A stretch of DNA of 64,000 nt from an uncultured Acidobacteriota bacterium (lineage in GTDB: Bacteria; Acidobacteriota; JAQAZP01). Positions 9,707-20,552 of this stretch are shown here, piece after piece; within the stretch, counting starts at the first letter, position 1; the number at the start of each line of letters is the position of its first letter. The stretch spans positions 1,664,001 to 1,728,000 of the forward strand of contig CAWIIB010000009.1 in assembly GCA_963836075.1 (NCBI GenBank), read 5' to 3'. The notes under the pieces were generated by a model. That model did not search any database and was not told the DNA's origin. It saw only the letters and a program-made list of their open reading frames with translations. Position numbers and translations under genes: made by a program.

Positions 9707-11843
9707 GTGAAACGCTTCGGATCAGCACTGATGATCATACTGGTCTGCATGGTGGTGCCCACCGCCCGGGCGGGGGACATCAGCGGGAGTGCCCGGGTCT
9801 ATACCGGCACCTCGGTGCGCGACGACGGGGAGAACGACGTCCTTTCCCAGGACTATTCGCTGCGCTGGATGCAGCCGCTCACGCCCTGGATCACTCTTTT
9901 TGTCTCCTACCTCGACAGCAGCTTCAAGTCCGAGGATCAGGACGGGATCGATTTCCAGCGGCTGATCCGGGAAGCGGCGGCCCAGCTGGTCTATACCCGG
10001 GGAACCTTCTCGGCCCAGGTGGGGGCCCAGGACCGCCGGACTTCCGGAACCAGCGCCGCCGACAACTTCCAGGCCCGCTCGATCTACGGGCAGGCCGCCT
10101 GGAACCCGCTGCGGGGGCCCACCGTGTCGTTGAGAGTCCGGGACGCCCAGAACGAAGCCGATACGGCGGTGTACGGCCGTTCGGTGAACAGTCTCAATCT
10201 CGATTTCGACGTGGACTACAGCCGGGATACCTGGTCCACCCATTACACCTACCAGGACTTCACCCTGGAAAACCTGGACAACGGCTACACGCTGGACCAG
10301 AGCCGTCACATACTCCGCGGGCTGTTTTCCGACCAGTATGCCGGCGGCCGGATCGCGCTCAGCGGCGACGTGCAGGTCGGCCGCGACGAGCAGGTGGAGA
10401 CCGCCGCGGAAGGCGCCGACATCGCCGAACCGCTGGATATCAGGCAGATTCTCTTCGCCCTCGACATCACACCGGAACTGGGTGAGCTGGAGCCGGCGCC
10501 GACCCTCGGTCTCGGGCAGCCCGGCTCACCGGCGCGGCTGTCGATCCAGGTGGGCGGGGCCAACCTCTACCGCAACGTGGGCCTCGACCTCGGCTTCACC
10601 CGGCAGGTATCCCGGATCGAAGTCCACGTGGACGGCGTCTCCGACCCCGGCCTGCTCTGGCAGGTCTTCCAGAGCTCGGACAATCTCAACTGGGAATCTG
10701 TGTTCGTGAGCAGTACCGGTCTACGAGCCGGAATTCGACCGCTACACCATCCGCTTCCCCGAAATCGTGAACCGCTACTTCAAGGTGGTGAACGTTTCGC
10801 TGAACAAAGGCGAGGACGTGGTGGTGACCGGTATCCGCGCACTGGTCGATGTGGAGCAGTTCGGCAGGCGGGAACGCCGATCCACCACCCTTCGCGGGTA
10901 TTTCCAGGCCCGTTTCCAGCCCTGGGAGCGGCTCAGTGCCACGGTCAATCTCGGCTACAGCGGGGACAGTGGAAGCGCCGAAGGCCTGCCGCTGCGCGAC
11001 GTGCGGGATTTTTCCTTCGACACCCTGGTCCAGTGGGACTTCGCCGACACTCTGGGCCTGCGGCTGCACTACTTTTTCGGCGATCACCTGCGGGACGAGG
11101 AGCCGGTGCTCCACCGCCAGGAGGAACGCATCAGCGCCTCGCTGGTCTGGGACCCGCTGGAAACCGTGGACGGCCTGCTCTCCGCGTCGCGGCGCGAGGA
11201 GACCCAGGACGGGACGCTGCTGCGGCGCACCGACCTGGTGACGGCCCGGGCGATTACCGAGCTCTACCCCGACCTGCGGCTCACGTCGGAAGTAAGCCGC
11301 TCCGTGTCCGATGACAAATTCTCCGGCTACGACCTGGCCAGCTGGAACTGGCGTGAGACCATGGAGAGCCGCCCCACGAGCAACTGGATTTTAAGTGGAG
11401 GATTCTCCCAGACTTGGTATGATGCTACCGGGCGGATATCCATTTCCCAGCGGACCAGCGTCAATGCCAGGACGGACATTGTGGTCAATGCCTGGTTCAC
11501 CTGCGGCGGGGACTGGGTTTTTGGCAGGGAGGACGAACGGAACAATTTCACCCAGCGCTACCACGCCGCCTGGACCCCGGGCCGCCGGATTTCGTTCAAC
11601 GGGTCCTACATCTCCACCAGCACGGCGGGCGGGTTCAGTACCAGCGGCGCCACGGCGAACGTCAATTACAAGGTCAATACCTATCTCAACCTGTATGCCA
11701 GCTACAGTCAATCCGCCTACTTGCGTTCTTTCAACATCCCGGATATCCCGGAAGGCGGGTCGCCAGTTCTCGATGAACTGCTGGACCGGTTAACGAAGAG
11801 TGAACAGTATTCGGCGCAGGTGGGGCTGATCCTCGCCTTTTAA
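9707..11843 (+). CDS. Large outer-membrane beta-barrel protein (porin-cytochrome/omcS-companion type); frameshifted in the assembly
   Basis: Signal peptide, alternating amphipathic beta-strands and C-terminal Phe (VGLILAF). ORFs 9530..11314 and 10767..11843 join by removing one G near 10717 (...SST-VYEPEFDRYTIRF...). Start uncertain: GTG 9707, or ATG 9681 behind GGAGGAG if a further indel exists. Confidence 0.75.
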
Positions 11844-11855
11844 TGGAGAGACCAG

Positions 11856-12428
11856 ATGAAAAAGAGGACAGCGGCAACGATGGTTCTCCTGCTGGGGGCC
11901 CTGATCCTGGCCGGGTGCGGCGGGATGCGGGCCACACGGTTCATCAACCCGGATTTCAGTTTCGCTTACGTGGAGAGGGTGGCGGTCCTGCCCTTCGAGA
12001 ATTTCGCCACCGAACCGGAGGCCGGAGTCCGGGCCACGCGCCTCTTCATCACCGAATTGCTGGCCGCCGGGGCAGTGGACGTGGTGGAACCGGGGGAGGT
12101 CAACGCCGCGCTCAACCGGCTGGCCGGACTGGCCACGCCGCCGAGCAGCGAGCACATCATCGCCCTGGGAAAGAGCCTCAAGGTCCAGGCGGTGATCATG
12201 GGCAGCGTCAACCAGTCGGAATCGGTTCGCTCGGGCACGGTGACCATTCCGGTGGTGACCCTCGACGCCCACATGGTGGAAACCGAGACCGGCTCCACCG
12301 TCTGGGCGGTGACCCACACCGAAAAGGGCGCCGGCATGGGGGCAAAATTCCTGGGAACGGCCAGCGAGCCGATCTCGGAAACCATGCGGCGCTGCGTGAA
12401 CAAAATCGTCCAGAAGCTTGTGGGGTAA
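11856..12428 (+). CDS. Lipoprotein, CsgG/GNA1162(DUF799)/PelC-like fold
   Basis: Lipobox LAGC. Motifs 'RVAVLPFENF', 'LGKSLKVQAVIMGSV' and 'MVETETGSTVW'. Confidence 0.75.
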   Translation: MKKRTAATMVLLLGALILAGCGGMRATRFINPDFSFAYVERVAVLPFENFATEPEAGVRATRLFITELLAAGAVDVVEPGEVNAALNRLAGLATPPSSEHIIALGKSLKVQAVIMGSVNQSESVRSGTVTIPVVTLDAHMVETETGSTVWAVTHTEKGAGMGAKFLGTASEPISETMRRCVNKIVQKLVG

Positions 12429-12454
12429 TCTCTCGCGGGGCGTGGAGTTTTGGG

Positions 12455-13579
12455 ATGGGACAGCGGACGGGCAGCAAAGAGACGTTGCGGGGAGGCGGAC
12501 ACGGCCTGTCACCTGCCCGGCGGGTGTGCCGCCTGCTGGGCATGGTGCTGCTGGCCGGGTCTGCGCTCTGCTACTGCCCGCCGGTTTTCGGGGCCCGGAT
12601 GGCCCTGCTGCCGGTGCGCGATTTCACCGGTGACCCGGTCTCCGTGGCGGTCCTCAAGCAGGCGTTGTGGGCCGAACTGTCCACGGAGTTCGAACTGGCG
12701 GACAGCCAGCTGCTCCGTGACGCCCTGCGGCGCTGGCGGATTCGTGATGCCCGGTCGGTAACGCCGGAGCTGCTGGGCCGGGTGGCCGACGAGCTGGACG
12801 TGGAGTTGTTTTTTTCCGTCACCCTCCACCGCTGCGACCTGGAGCCCATACCGATGGTTACCATTTCCGGCCAGGTGATGCACCGCGGCGAGCCGCAACT
12901 TGTCTGGGCCGGTTTCCAGTCGCTCAGCGGACTGGACGAGGTGGGCCTGCTGGGCCGGGGGTGGGTGGGCGACCTGGACGCCCTGGAGCAGAAGGCCGCG
13001 GCCCGGCTGACCGGAAGTTTCACCCGGCGGGCGGAGCCGCACGAGGGATCCCCGCGCCCGGCATCGAGGGTCTTCCGGCGTGAGGCGCTGGACATCGGTT
13101 CGGCCGGCACCATCGCGGTGCTGCCCTTTGAGGGCACCACCGGCGTCGGCGCCACCAACGCCGGCCTGATGATCACCGACCTGGCCTATGCCGTGCTGTG
13201 GCACGGCGGTGCGTCCCTGGCCCTTCCGGGGGCGGTGGACGACGTGCTGGGGCAGGCCGGTGTGGGGCTGCGGGGCGGGATCAACGACCTGACCCGCTCG
13301 AGCCTGCTGGAAGGGCTGGATGCCGGCCTGCTCTTCACCGGTACGGTGGAAACTTTTGAATTCATCCGGACAGGCCTCGAGCCGGAACCGGCAGTAGCGC
13401 TGGCCGTAAGGCTGATCGAAACCCGAACCGGCCGGCTGCTCGCCTTTGGCGGGGCGGAACGGCAAGGCTGGGACCGGCAGCGACTCTTCGGGCGGGGCCG
13501 GGTCTATTCCCCGGAACGCCTGGCCCAATTGATCATGGAATCCCTGGTCGCCGACCTGGGTGAAAAGGGCGGCTACTGA
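12455..13579 (+). CDS. Exported protein with two tandem CsgG/DUF799-like domains
   Basis: Two repeats of the same fold ('MALLPVRDF...', 'IAVLPFEG...LFTGTV...RLIETRTGRLL'). The start is uncertain; the upstream part of the 11843 ORF is an out-of-frame overlap with the lipoprotein gene. Confidence 0.65.
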   Translation: MGQRTGSKETLRGGGHGLSPARRVCRLLGMVLLAGSALCYCPPVFGARMALLPVRDFTGDPVSVAVLKQALWAELSTEFELADSQLLRDALRRWRIRDARSVTPELLGRVADELDVELFFSVTLHRCDLEPIPMVTISGQVMHRGEPQLVWAGFQSLSGLDEVGLLGRGWVGDLDALEQKAAARLTGSFTRRAEPHEGSPRPASRVFRREALDIGSAGTIAVLPFEGTTGVGATNAGLMITDLAYAVLWHGGASLALPGAVDDVLGQAGVGLRGGINDLTRSSLLEGLDAGLLFTGTVETFEFIRTGLEPEPAVALAVRLIETRTGRLLAFGGAERQGWDRQRLFGRGRVYSPERLAQLIMESLVADLGEKGGY

Positions 13580-13598
13580 CCGCCTGGAGGACGCATTG

Positions 13599-15467
13599 AT
13601 GAACTGCCTGGGAAACCGACCCCTCTTCTGCTGTCTTGCGATCCTGCTCCTGCTCGCCGCCTGTGGCGGCCAGGAGACGGCACCCCGGGTGGAATCACCC
13701 GAAAGACCCGCGGCGACGGCAGCCGCCGGGAAAGACCAGCCGGCCCCGCCGGCCCCCACCGGCCTGCTGGCTGCCGCTCCGCAGACCGCGGCCGCGGACC
13801 CGGAAGTGGATGAGCCGGCCGCAGCGGCGGTGATCACCGGAAGCCGGCCTGAATTCGTGGCCACGGTGAATGGCGAGGACGTGCCCTTCGTCTATCTCGA
13901 GCAGCGGCTGGCCACGATGCACAGCGGCCAGATGGAGGACCGGCGGAGCGCCTTTGATATCGACCGGCTGATGTTCAAGGTGGTCAACGATATCCTGCTG
14001 GCCCAGGAAGCGCGGGCCGTGGGCATGGACCAGGAGGAGCCGATCAAAGGGCAGGTGGACCGCTACCGCGAGGACCTGGCCATCGCCGGCCTGGAACGGG
14101 ACCAGATCCATCTGAAAGCCAGGGCCAGCGAGGAGGAGATCCGCCGGGTTTTCGATGACCAGTACCGCCGGTTCACCCTGCGGGTGGTCACCGTGGATGA
14201 GGAGGAGGTGGCCCTGGAACTGCTGGAGCAGATCCGGGCCGGCGCGGACATGGCTGCGCTGGCCGTGGAGCGTTCGGTGGACCCCTATTCCGGGAAAGGC
14301 GGGATAGTGGAGGGCGTGGCCCGCCGCGACCTGGCCGCCGAGGTGGGCGCGCTGGCCTCGACCCTCGAGCCGGGCGGGCTGGGCGGGCCGGTGAGCACCG
14401 ACCTCGGCTACTCGGTGATCCGTCTGGAAGCCGTCGAGGCGCCCGACGAGGAGAAATTCCAGTCGGCCCGCCGCCAGGTGGCCGGAATCGTGGAACTGGA
14501 GAAGAAGAAGGCGCTGCGGGCCGCCCTGGCCCAGCGGGTGCAGCAGACCCACCCGGTACAGCTGGAGCACGAGCGGATCCAGACCATCGAGCCGGAGCGG
14601 CTCTCCGACGGCCGGCTGGTGCCGGTTACCGGGGACCGGGGGGACGTTGTGGTGATGGTGGGGGACAGCATGGTCATCACGGCCGGCGAGTATGGCGACG
14701 CGTTGCTCCTGCGCTGGAGCGGCGTGCGCAGCGAGGACGCGGCCCGGGCCTCCGCCCCGATCATCCTCAACAAGGTGATCGAGAAGAAACTGCTGCTGGC
14801 CGAAGCCTTTTCCGCCGGCTACGCCGCGCGCCCCGAGGTGGAGGAGCGGGTCAGGGTCCACGAGACCCAGCTGCTGGTCAACCGCTACCTGGAGAAGGTG
14901 GTGGCCGCTGACATCAAGGTCACCGCCGCGGAAATGCAGACCGCCTACGAGGAGAACCTTCAGCGGCTGAACCGGCCGCCGCGGCTCAACCTGGGTCAGA
15001 TCACCGTGGCCGAAAAGGAGCAGGCCGACGAGATGGCCCGCCTGCTCCGCGAGGGCACCGACCTGGCCTGGCTGGCCGGCAAGCACTCCACCGACCGGTT
15101 TGCCGATGCGGGAGGCGTCCGGGGCTGGATGGTGCCCAGCCCGGGAGTTGACGAGGTCCAGGACCGGCTGATCGAGGCCCAGCCGGGTGACGTTTTAGAC
15201 CCGGTGGGCGGTCCGGGGAACTATTTCGTGCTCAAGGTGCTGGCCCGGGAGGAGCAGGGGAACTACGAACTGGCGGAGGTTTCGGGTAATATCCGGAACA
15301 TGGTCTTTAGCGAGAAGTTCAGGGTGGTCCTTGACGACTATCTGACCACCCTGCGCAGCCGGAGCGAGATCCGGCTCAACGAGGCGGCGCTCGCCTCGCT
15401 CAGCATCTCCGGGGCGGTGGATGAGGATCCGGCGGCCGGGGAGCAGGGAGGAGCACATGCACACTGA
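13599..15467 (+). CDS. Parvulin/PpiC-type peptidyl-prolyl isomerase chaperone lipoprotein (two PPIase modules)
   Basis: GGAGG RBS and lipobox LAAC. Motifs 'VATVNGEDV', 'LAVERSVDPYSGKGG' and 'LAGKHSTDRFADAGG', plus SurA/PrsA-like helical segments. Confidence 0.85.
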   Translation: MNCLGNRPLFCCLAILLLLAACGGQETAPRVESPERPAATAAAGKDQPAPPAPTGLLAAAPQTAAADPEVDEPAAAAVITGSRPEFVATVNGEDVPFVYLEQRLATMHSGQMEDRRSAFDIDRLMFKVVNDILLAQEARAVGMDQEEPIKGQVDRYREDLAIAGLERDQIHLKARASEEEIRRVFDDQYRRFTLRVVTVDEEEVALELLEQIRAGADMAALAVERSVDPYSGKGGIVEGVARRDLAAEVGALASTLEPGGLGGPVSTDLGYSVIRLEAVEAPDEEKFQSARRQVAGIVELEKKKALRAALAQRVQQTHPVQLEHERIQTIEPERLSDGRLVPVTGDRGDVVVMVGDSMVITAGEYGDALLLRWSGVRSEDAARASAPIILNKVIEKKLLLAEAFSAGYAARPEVEERVRVHETQLLVNRYLEKVVAADIKVTAAEMQTAYEENLQRLNRPPRLNLGQITVAEKEQADEMARLLREGTDLAWLAGKHSTDRFADAGGVRGWMVPSPGVDEVQDRLIEAQPGDVLDPVGGPGNYFVLKVLAREEQGNYELAEVSGNIRNMVFSEKFRVVLDDYLTTLRSRSEIRLNEAALASLSISGAVDEDPAAGEQGGAHAH

Positions 15468-17402
15468 TCCGGCAGCTCGGAGGTCGGCTCTACTGGCCCT
15501 GGCGGTCCTGGCGGTGGCGCTCCTCGGCTGGGCCCTGGACGCGGGCGCGCAGCTGCGCCGCGGCGGCAGGTTCGACAAGGGCGGCGGGTGCCTGGAGTGC
15601 CACGAGGACGTGGGCCAGGGCCTGAGGGTGGCCCACAGTCCGTTGAAGGAGGGGGAGTGCACCGCCTGCCACAAACCCCACGGGCTGGTGGGGGCGCTGC
15701 GGTTGCAGAAGGACGAACCGGATCTCTGCCTCGACTGTCACGACGAGGCGGCCATGCACCTGGAGAACACCACGGTCCACCCCGGCGTGGCGGACCGCTG
15801 CTCACTCTGCCACGATCCCCACGGGTCGAACCACGGGGCGATCCTCAAGACCGCCGAACGGGAACTGTGCCTCGAGTGCCACGAGGAGGCGGGGAAAGCC
15901 GGCGCCGTGCCCCACCCTCCGGCCGCCGAGGGCTGCAGTTCCTGCCACCTGCCGCACAGCAGTGTTGAAAAGGCCCTGCTCAGGCAACCGGTGGCCGAGG
16001 GCTGCGCCTTGTGCCACGAGGGTCAAGCCGCCGGGTATGCCGCTTCGCACAACGGCCTGTCGGTGGCCGGTTCGGACTGCACCGCCTGTCACCCGCCGCA
16101 CTCCGGCGCCAGCGAGCACCTGCTCCGTGCCTCGGTGCACTCGGAGATCAGTTGTGACCTCTGTCACGAAGGAGAACTGGCCGTTGCGCCTGCGGGCGGG
16201 TCCGACCTCTGTCTCGAGTGCCACGAGGCTCCGCAATCGGGGGGGCCGGGTCGGTCCATCCCCCGGCGGAGGCCGGGGACTGTCTCGATTGCCACGACCC
16301 CCACACCTCGGATCACGCGGTGCTGCTCCGTGCCGCAGAGCGCGAGCTCTGCTCCACCTGCCACGAGGAGGTGACGGCCATGCTCGACCTGGCCCATCCC
16401 CACGAGGCGGCCGAAGAATGCTCCAGCTGCCACGCCGGCCACCAGAGTGCCCACCGGCAGCTGTTGCTGGACGAGCCGCGGTCGCTCTGCACCCAGTGCC
16501 ACGACGACCCGGCGGAGTCGGGTGACGAGGTAATCCACCCGCCGCTGTTCGAGGAGTGCATCGACTGTCACGCGCCCCACGGGTCGGCCGTGGCCGGTAT
16601 GCTGGTGGCCGACCAGGATTCACTCTGCGGCGAGTGCCACACCGACGTGGGCACGCGGGCCGGCCTGCCGGTGGTCCACGAACCGGTGGCCGCCGGCAGC
16701 TGCTCCTCCTGCCACCTGCCCCACTCGGGTGGGAAACAGTTGCTGCTGGCCCAGGGCCGGGACCTCTGCGGGACCTGCCACGAGGCCACCCTGGCTGCGG
16801 CGGAGAGCCTGCCGCGGCACGATCCCTTCGACTCCGGCGAGTGCGATCTGTGCCACACGGCCCACGCCTCGTCGCTGCCCGGCCTGCTCACCGAGCCGCA
16901 GGCCGACCTCTGCGCCAACTGCCACGACGTGGAACTGGCCGCTCCCCTTGGCGGTTCGGCCCACGCGCCGGCTGCCCAGGGCCGCTGTGTCGACTGTCAC
17001 CAGCCGCACGCCAGCTCCATCGAGCCGTTCCTCAAGGCGCCGCAGAGCGCGCTCTGCGGCAGCTGTCACGAGGAGTTGGCCCAGCGGATGGCGGTGGCGG
17101 CCAATCACGACCCGGCCGCCGAGAGCGACGGCTGCACCACCTGCCACGGGGCCCATGTGGCGCGGCACCCCAGGCTGCTGAAGCAGCCGATGCCCGGGCT
17201 CTGCCTGGAGTGCCACGACGGCGAGGATGCGGATTTTGCCGCCAAACACCTCGGTCTGGCCGCCGGCTCCATGAACTGCACCGGTTGCCACGAACCCCAC
17301 GCCTCCAGTATTACCGGGATGCTCCTGCCCGAGCAGCACCCACCCTTCGCCGAGGGTGACTGTACCCTCTGTCATGAAGAGCCGAGCGGAGGTGCCCAGT
17401 GA
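15457..17402 (+). CDS. 26-heme periplasmic cytochrome c (doubled-CxxCH repeat family); frameshifted at a G7 homopolymer
   Basis: 10 CxxCH in ORF 15421..16374 and 16 CxxCH in ORF 16218..17402. Adding one G to the run at 16239-16245 gives a continuous frame. Repeating unit H.P....C..CH.PH.S....LL......LC..CH. Confidence 0.85.
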
Positions 17403-18658
17403 ACACCTTTTACCCGATCATCTATCTGGCCCTGGCCCTGCTCATCCTCAGTGGCGGTGCCGGTTTTTCGCCCGGCCTGGCCAGTCCCGTGGACCAGGCG
17501 GAGGTCTGCCTGATGTGCCACGAGGACATCGCCGGCCTGCTCGATTCGCCGGTGGTCCACCCGCCGGCGGCGGAGAGCGAGTGCAGCGCCTGCCACAACC
17601 CGCACGTGTCGCGGTTCAGCGGCCTGCTCAACCAGAGTCCGGGCCCGCTCTGCGCCACCTGTCACCCCGAGATTGCCGGGGAGCTGGAGCGGCCGGTGAC
17701 CCACCAGCCGGCAGAGGAGGGCAAGTGTGTTGCCTGCCACCTGCCCCACGGCGGTGAACACCGGGCGCTGCTGCTCAAGCCGGGCCGCGAGCTCTGTGTG
17801 GAGTGCCACCAGGACGTGAACAGCTGGTCGGCCAGGCCGGTGCAGCACAAACCGTTCGCCGAGGGCCGCTGTTTCGACTGCCACGAAGCCCACGGTGCCG
17901 AGGGAGAGGGCCTGCTCTCCAGCCCCGGCGCGGACGTCTGTCTCACCTGCCATCCGGTGGACGGCCGGTTCAAGGCAGCCCACAAGGGCTACCCGGTGGA
18001 ACAGGCGGCCTGTCAGCAGTGTCATGACCCCCACGCTTCGGAGCGGCCCGGGCTCTTCCGCCAGATGCTCCACTCCCCCTTCGATGACGGGGACTGCGCG
18101 GTGTGCCACAGCGGTCCGGATTCGGACCGTCCCTTTGCCACCCTGATGCCCGAAGACCAGCTGTGCGGAGCCTGTCACGAGGAGGAGGTGGCGGCCTCGA
18201 TCCACCTCCCCTTCCCCCACGCTTCTCCCGGCGGGGCCGGCTGCACCGCCTGTCACAACCCGCACACCGCGGACGGTACGGGCCTGCTGCAGGACGACCA
18301 GCAGGGGCTCTGCCTCTCCTGTCACGATCCCGGCGGCTCGTCCTCGGGCCAGGCGGGACGCTACACCACGCACGGTGACGGTCTGGACTGCACCAGCTGC
18401 CACAGCCCCCACGGCGGGGAACGGCCGCTGCTCTTCACCGACGATCCGGTGCTGCTCTGCGCCGGGTGCCACGAGCACCAGCACGGCATCACCCACCCGC
18501 TGGGGGAGGGGACCCGCGACCCGCGCAACGGGACGCCCATGGACTGCCTCTCCTGCCACGGGATCCACGACTCCCCCCACCCCTTCTACCTGCACCGGTC
18601 CGGTGATCGGGACCTCTGCGTCTCGTGCCACAAGGACCTGGCCGGAGGCCGCAAATGA
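17399..18658 (+). CDS. 16-heme periplasmic cytochrome c
   Basis: Signal peptide and 16 CxxCH counted. Same repeat unit as the upstream cytochrome. Confidence 0.9.
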   Translation: MNTFYPIIYLALALLILSGGAGFSPGLASPVDQAEVCLMCHEDIAGLLDSPVVHPPAAESECSACHNPHVSRFSGLLNQSPGPLCATCHPEIAGELERPVTHQPAEEGKCVACHLPHGGEHRALLLKPGRELCVECHQDVNSWSARPVQHKPFAEGRCFDCHEAHGAEGEGLLSSPGADVCLTCHPVDGRFKAAHKGYPVEQAACQQCHDPHASERPGLFRQMLHSPFDDGDCAVCHSGPDSDRPFATLMPEDQLCGACHEEEVAASIHLPFPHASPGGAGCTACHNPHTADGTGLLQDDQQGLCLSCHDPGGSSSGQAGRYTTHGDGLDCTSCHSPHGGERPLLFTDDPVLLCAGCHEHQHGITHPLGEGTRDPRNGTPMDCLSCHGIHDSPHPFYLHRSGDRDLCVSCHKDLAGGRK

Positions 18659-19551
18659 GAAATCGACGCGAGACGATCCTGATCATCGTGGCGCTGCTGG
18701 CGGCCGGTTCCCTTGTCCCCGTTGCCGCGCAGTCCACCCTGGCCCCGGCGCTGGTCTGGCAGGGGGCGATCAATGGCGAGGAATCGTCCAGCCTCCGCTG
18801 GCCGGTGGCCGTGGCTTCAGCCGTAGCGGGTGAAGTGGCGGTTGTCGACGCCGGCACCCCGCGGCTGGTGGTTTTTCACCTGGTGGATGACCGGTGGGTG
18901 GCCCGGACCACGGTGCCGCTCCCCGCGCCTCCGGTGGGCCTGGCCGCCGCCGGCGGCCGCTACCTGCTCTCGCTGCGGGGGGAGGCCGGGCTGCTGGAGT
19001 TCGACCGGGAGAAGTGGACCTACCGGGTGGTGCCGCTGCCCTCCGGGACGGTTCCCGGGGCCCTGGCCGCCACGCCGGACAACGGCCTGCTGGTCTATGA
19101 CGATGCCCGCCAGCTGGTGCTGCGTCGAGCAGGCACGGGAAGTTTTTCCAGCGGTGTCCCGGTGCCCGGCCCGGTGCGGGCCCTGGCTGCCGGCCGGGGC
19201 GGTGACTTCTTCGCCGCCGTGCCGCACCAGGGCGTGGTGCTCCACTGCGGTGCCGACGGCGGTGAACTGGCCAGCTGGCCGGTTCCGGGTGTTGCCCCGT
19301 CCCCCTCCTGGCCGGTGGGTCTGGCCGTCATCAGCGGCGGCGATCTGCTGGTCCTGGACCGCACCGGCGGCCGGGTGGTGGTGCTCGACGCCCGGGGCGG
19401 GGCCCGGGGCGCCGGGTCGCGCAAGGGCTGGGATGCCGGCCTGCTGCGCTATCCCGCGGGGCTGGCCCTCGGCCCGGACGGCCTCCTCGCCGTGGCTGAC
19501 CAGGGCAACGGCCGGGTCCAGCTGTTCCGGGCGGTTGCTGAAGGAGAGTGA
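18655..19551 (+). CDS. Secreted NHL-repeat beta-propeller protein
   Basis: Signal peptide. 'LRWPVAVA', 'WPVGLAV' and 'LRYPAGLALGPDGLLAVADQGNGRVQLF' are NHL repeats. Confidence 0.82.
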   Translation: MRNRRETILIIVALLAAGSLVPVAAQSTLAPALVWQGAINGEESSSLRWPVAVASAVAGEVAVVDAGTPRLVVFHLVDDRWVARTTVPLPAPPVGLAAAGGRYLLSLRGEAGLLEFDREKWTYRVVPLPSGTVPGALAATPDNGLLVYDDARQLVLRRAGTGSFSSGVPVPGPVRALAAGRGGDFFAAVPHQGVVLHCGADGGELASWPVPGVAPSPSWPVGLAVISGGDLLVLDRTGGRVVVLDARGGARGAGSRKGWDAGLLRYPAGLALGPDGLLAVADQGNGRVQLFRAVAEGE

Positions 19552-20540
19552 GCGGGATGAAGAAACTTCAGCGGCTGCTGCTGGCCGCATTGATCATCGT
19601 CTGCCCGGTTCTCTGCTCCTGCAGCGCCAGGGCCGAAGCCCGCCTGCCCTACCTCAAGCGGCTCTCCCTCCCCTCGGCCACCGACATCTTCAAATGGCCC
19701 TTCTCGGTGCACGCCGACCTGCACACCGGGGAGGTCTTTGTCTGCGACCAGCTGAACAACCGCATCGTGATTTTCGACAAGGACGGCCGCTACCGTTTCC
19801 AGATCCCCGGCGGCCGGGTCTTCCGCTCGCCGCTGGACGTGGCGGTCACCCCCGAGGGGTATATCGTCGTGCTCGGTTTTGTCGATGCCCGGCGCCAGCT
19901 GGTGCTGCTCGATTTCGACGGCAAACCGATGGCCGACCTGCCGCTCACCGGCCTGCCCGGGGGCCTGGCGGAGCCCACGTTCGTCTCCGTGGCCCTGTCC
20001 CCCGCGGGTGACCGGCTCTTTGTCCTCGACCAGGCAAACTACAGGCTCTGGATCGCCGGCCTCGACGGCCGGGTAACCGGGTCGGTGGAGTTCGTGGCCG
20101 GCATGTCCGAGGACGAAATCCGTGAGCTGTTCCTCGGCCACGTGGACGTTTACGGCGATACGGTGCTGGTCAGCATGCCCATCGAGGGCGAAGTGCGGCT
20201 GTTCGATCTGAACGGGAAGCCGCTGGGACGGGTGGGGACCAAGGGTACCTCGCCCTGCAATACCGCATTTCCCGTGGCCGCGGCCATGGACCGGGAGGGC
20301 AACGTGCTGGTGCTGGACCAGCAGCGGATGCTGACCATGCTCTGGAACCCCGACGGCAACCTCTGCCTCTACGAAACCGGCGGCGTGGGGGGGCGGCCCG
20401 GCGACCTCTACAAACCGGCCGACCTGGCCCTCGATGCCGAGGGGCGGGTCTACATCAGCCAGGGTTTCGAAGGCCGGGTCCAGGTTTTCGGCAAGGCCAC
20501 CCCGGCATCGGTACCCGAGGCGGCCGGGGACGGCAAGTGA
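19548..20540 (+). CDS. Secreted NHL-repeat beta-propeller protein
   Basis: 'FKWPFSVH..GEVFVCDQLNNRIVIFD', 'FRSPLDVAV' and 'LYKPADLALDAEGRVYISQGFEGRVQVF'. Confidence 0.85.
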   Translation: MSGMKKLQRLLLAALIIVCPVLCSCSARAEARLPYLKRLSLPSATDIFKWPFSVHADLHTGEVFVCDQLNNRIVIFDKDGRYRFQIPGGRVFRSPLDVAVTPEGYIVVLGFVDARRQLVLLDFDGKPMADLPLTGLPGGLAEPTFVSVALSPAGDRLFVLDQANYRLWIAGLDGRVTGSVEFVAGMSEDEIRELFLGHVDVYGDTVLVSMPIEGEVRLFDLNGKPLGRVGTKGTSPCNTAFPVAAAMDREGNVLVLDQQRMLTMLWNPDGNLCLYETGGVGGRPGDLYKPADLALDAEGRVYISQGFEGRVQVFGKATPASVPEAAGDGK

Positions 20541-20552
20541 CCGTCCGCCGAC

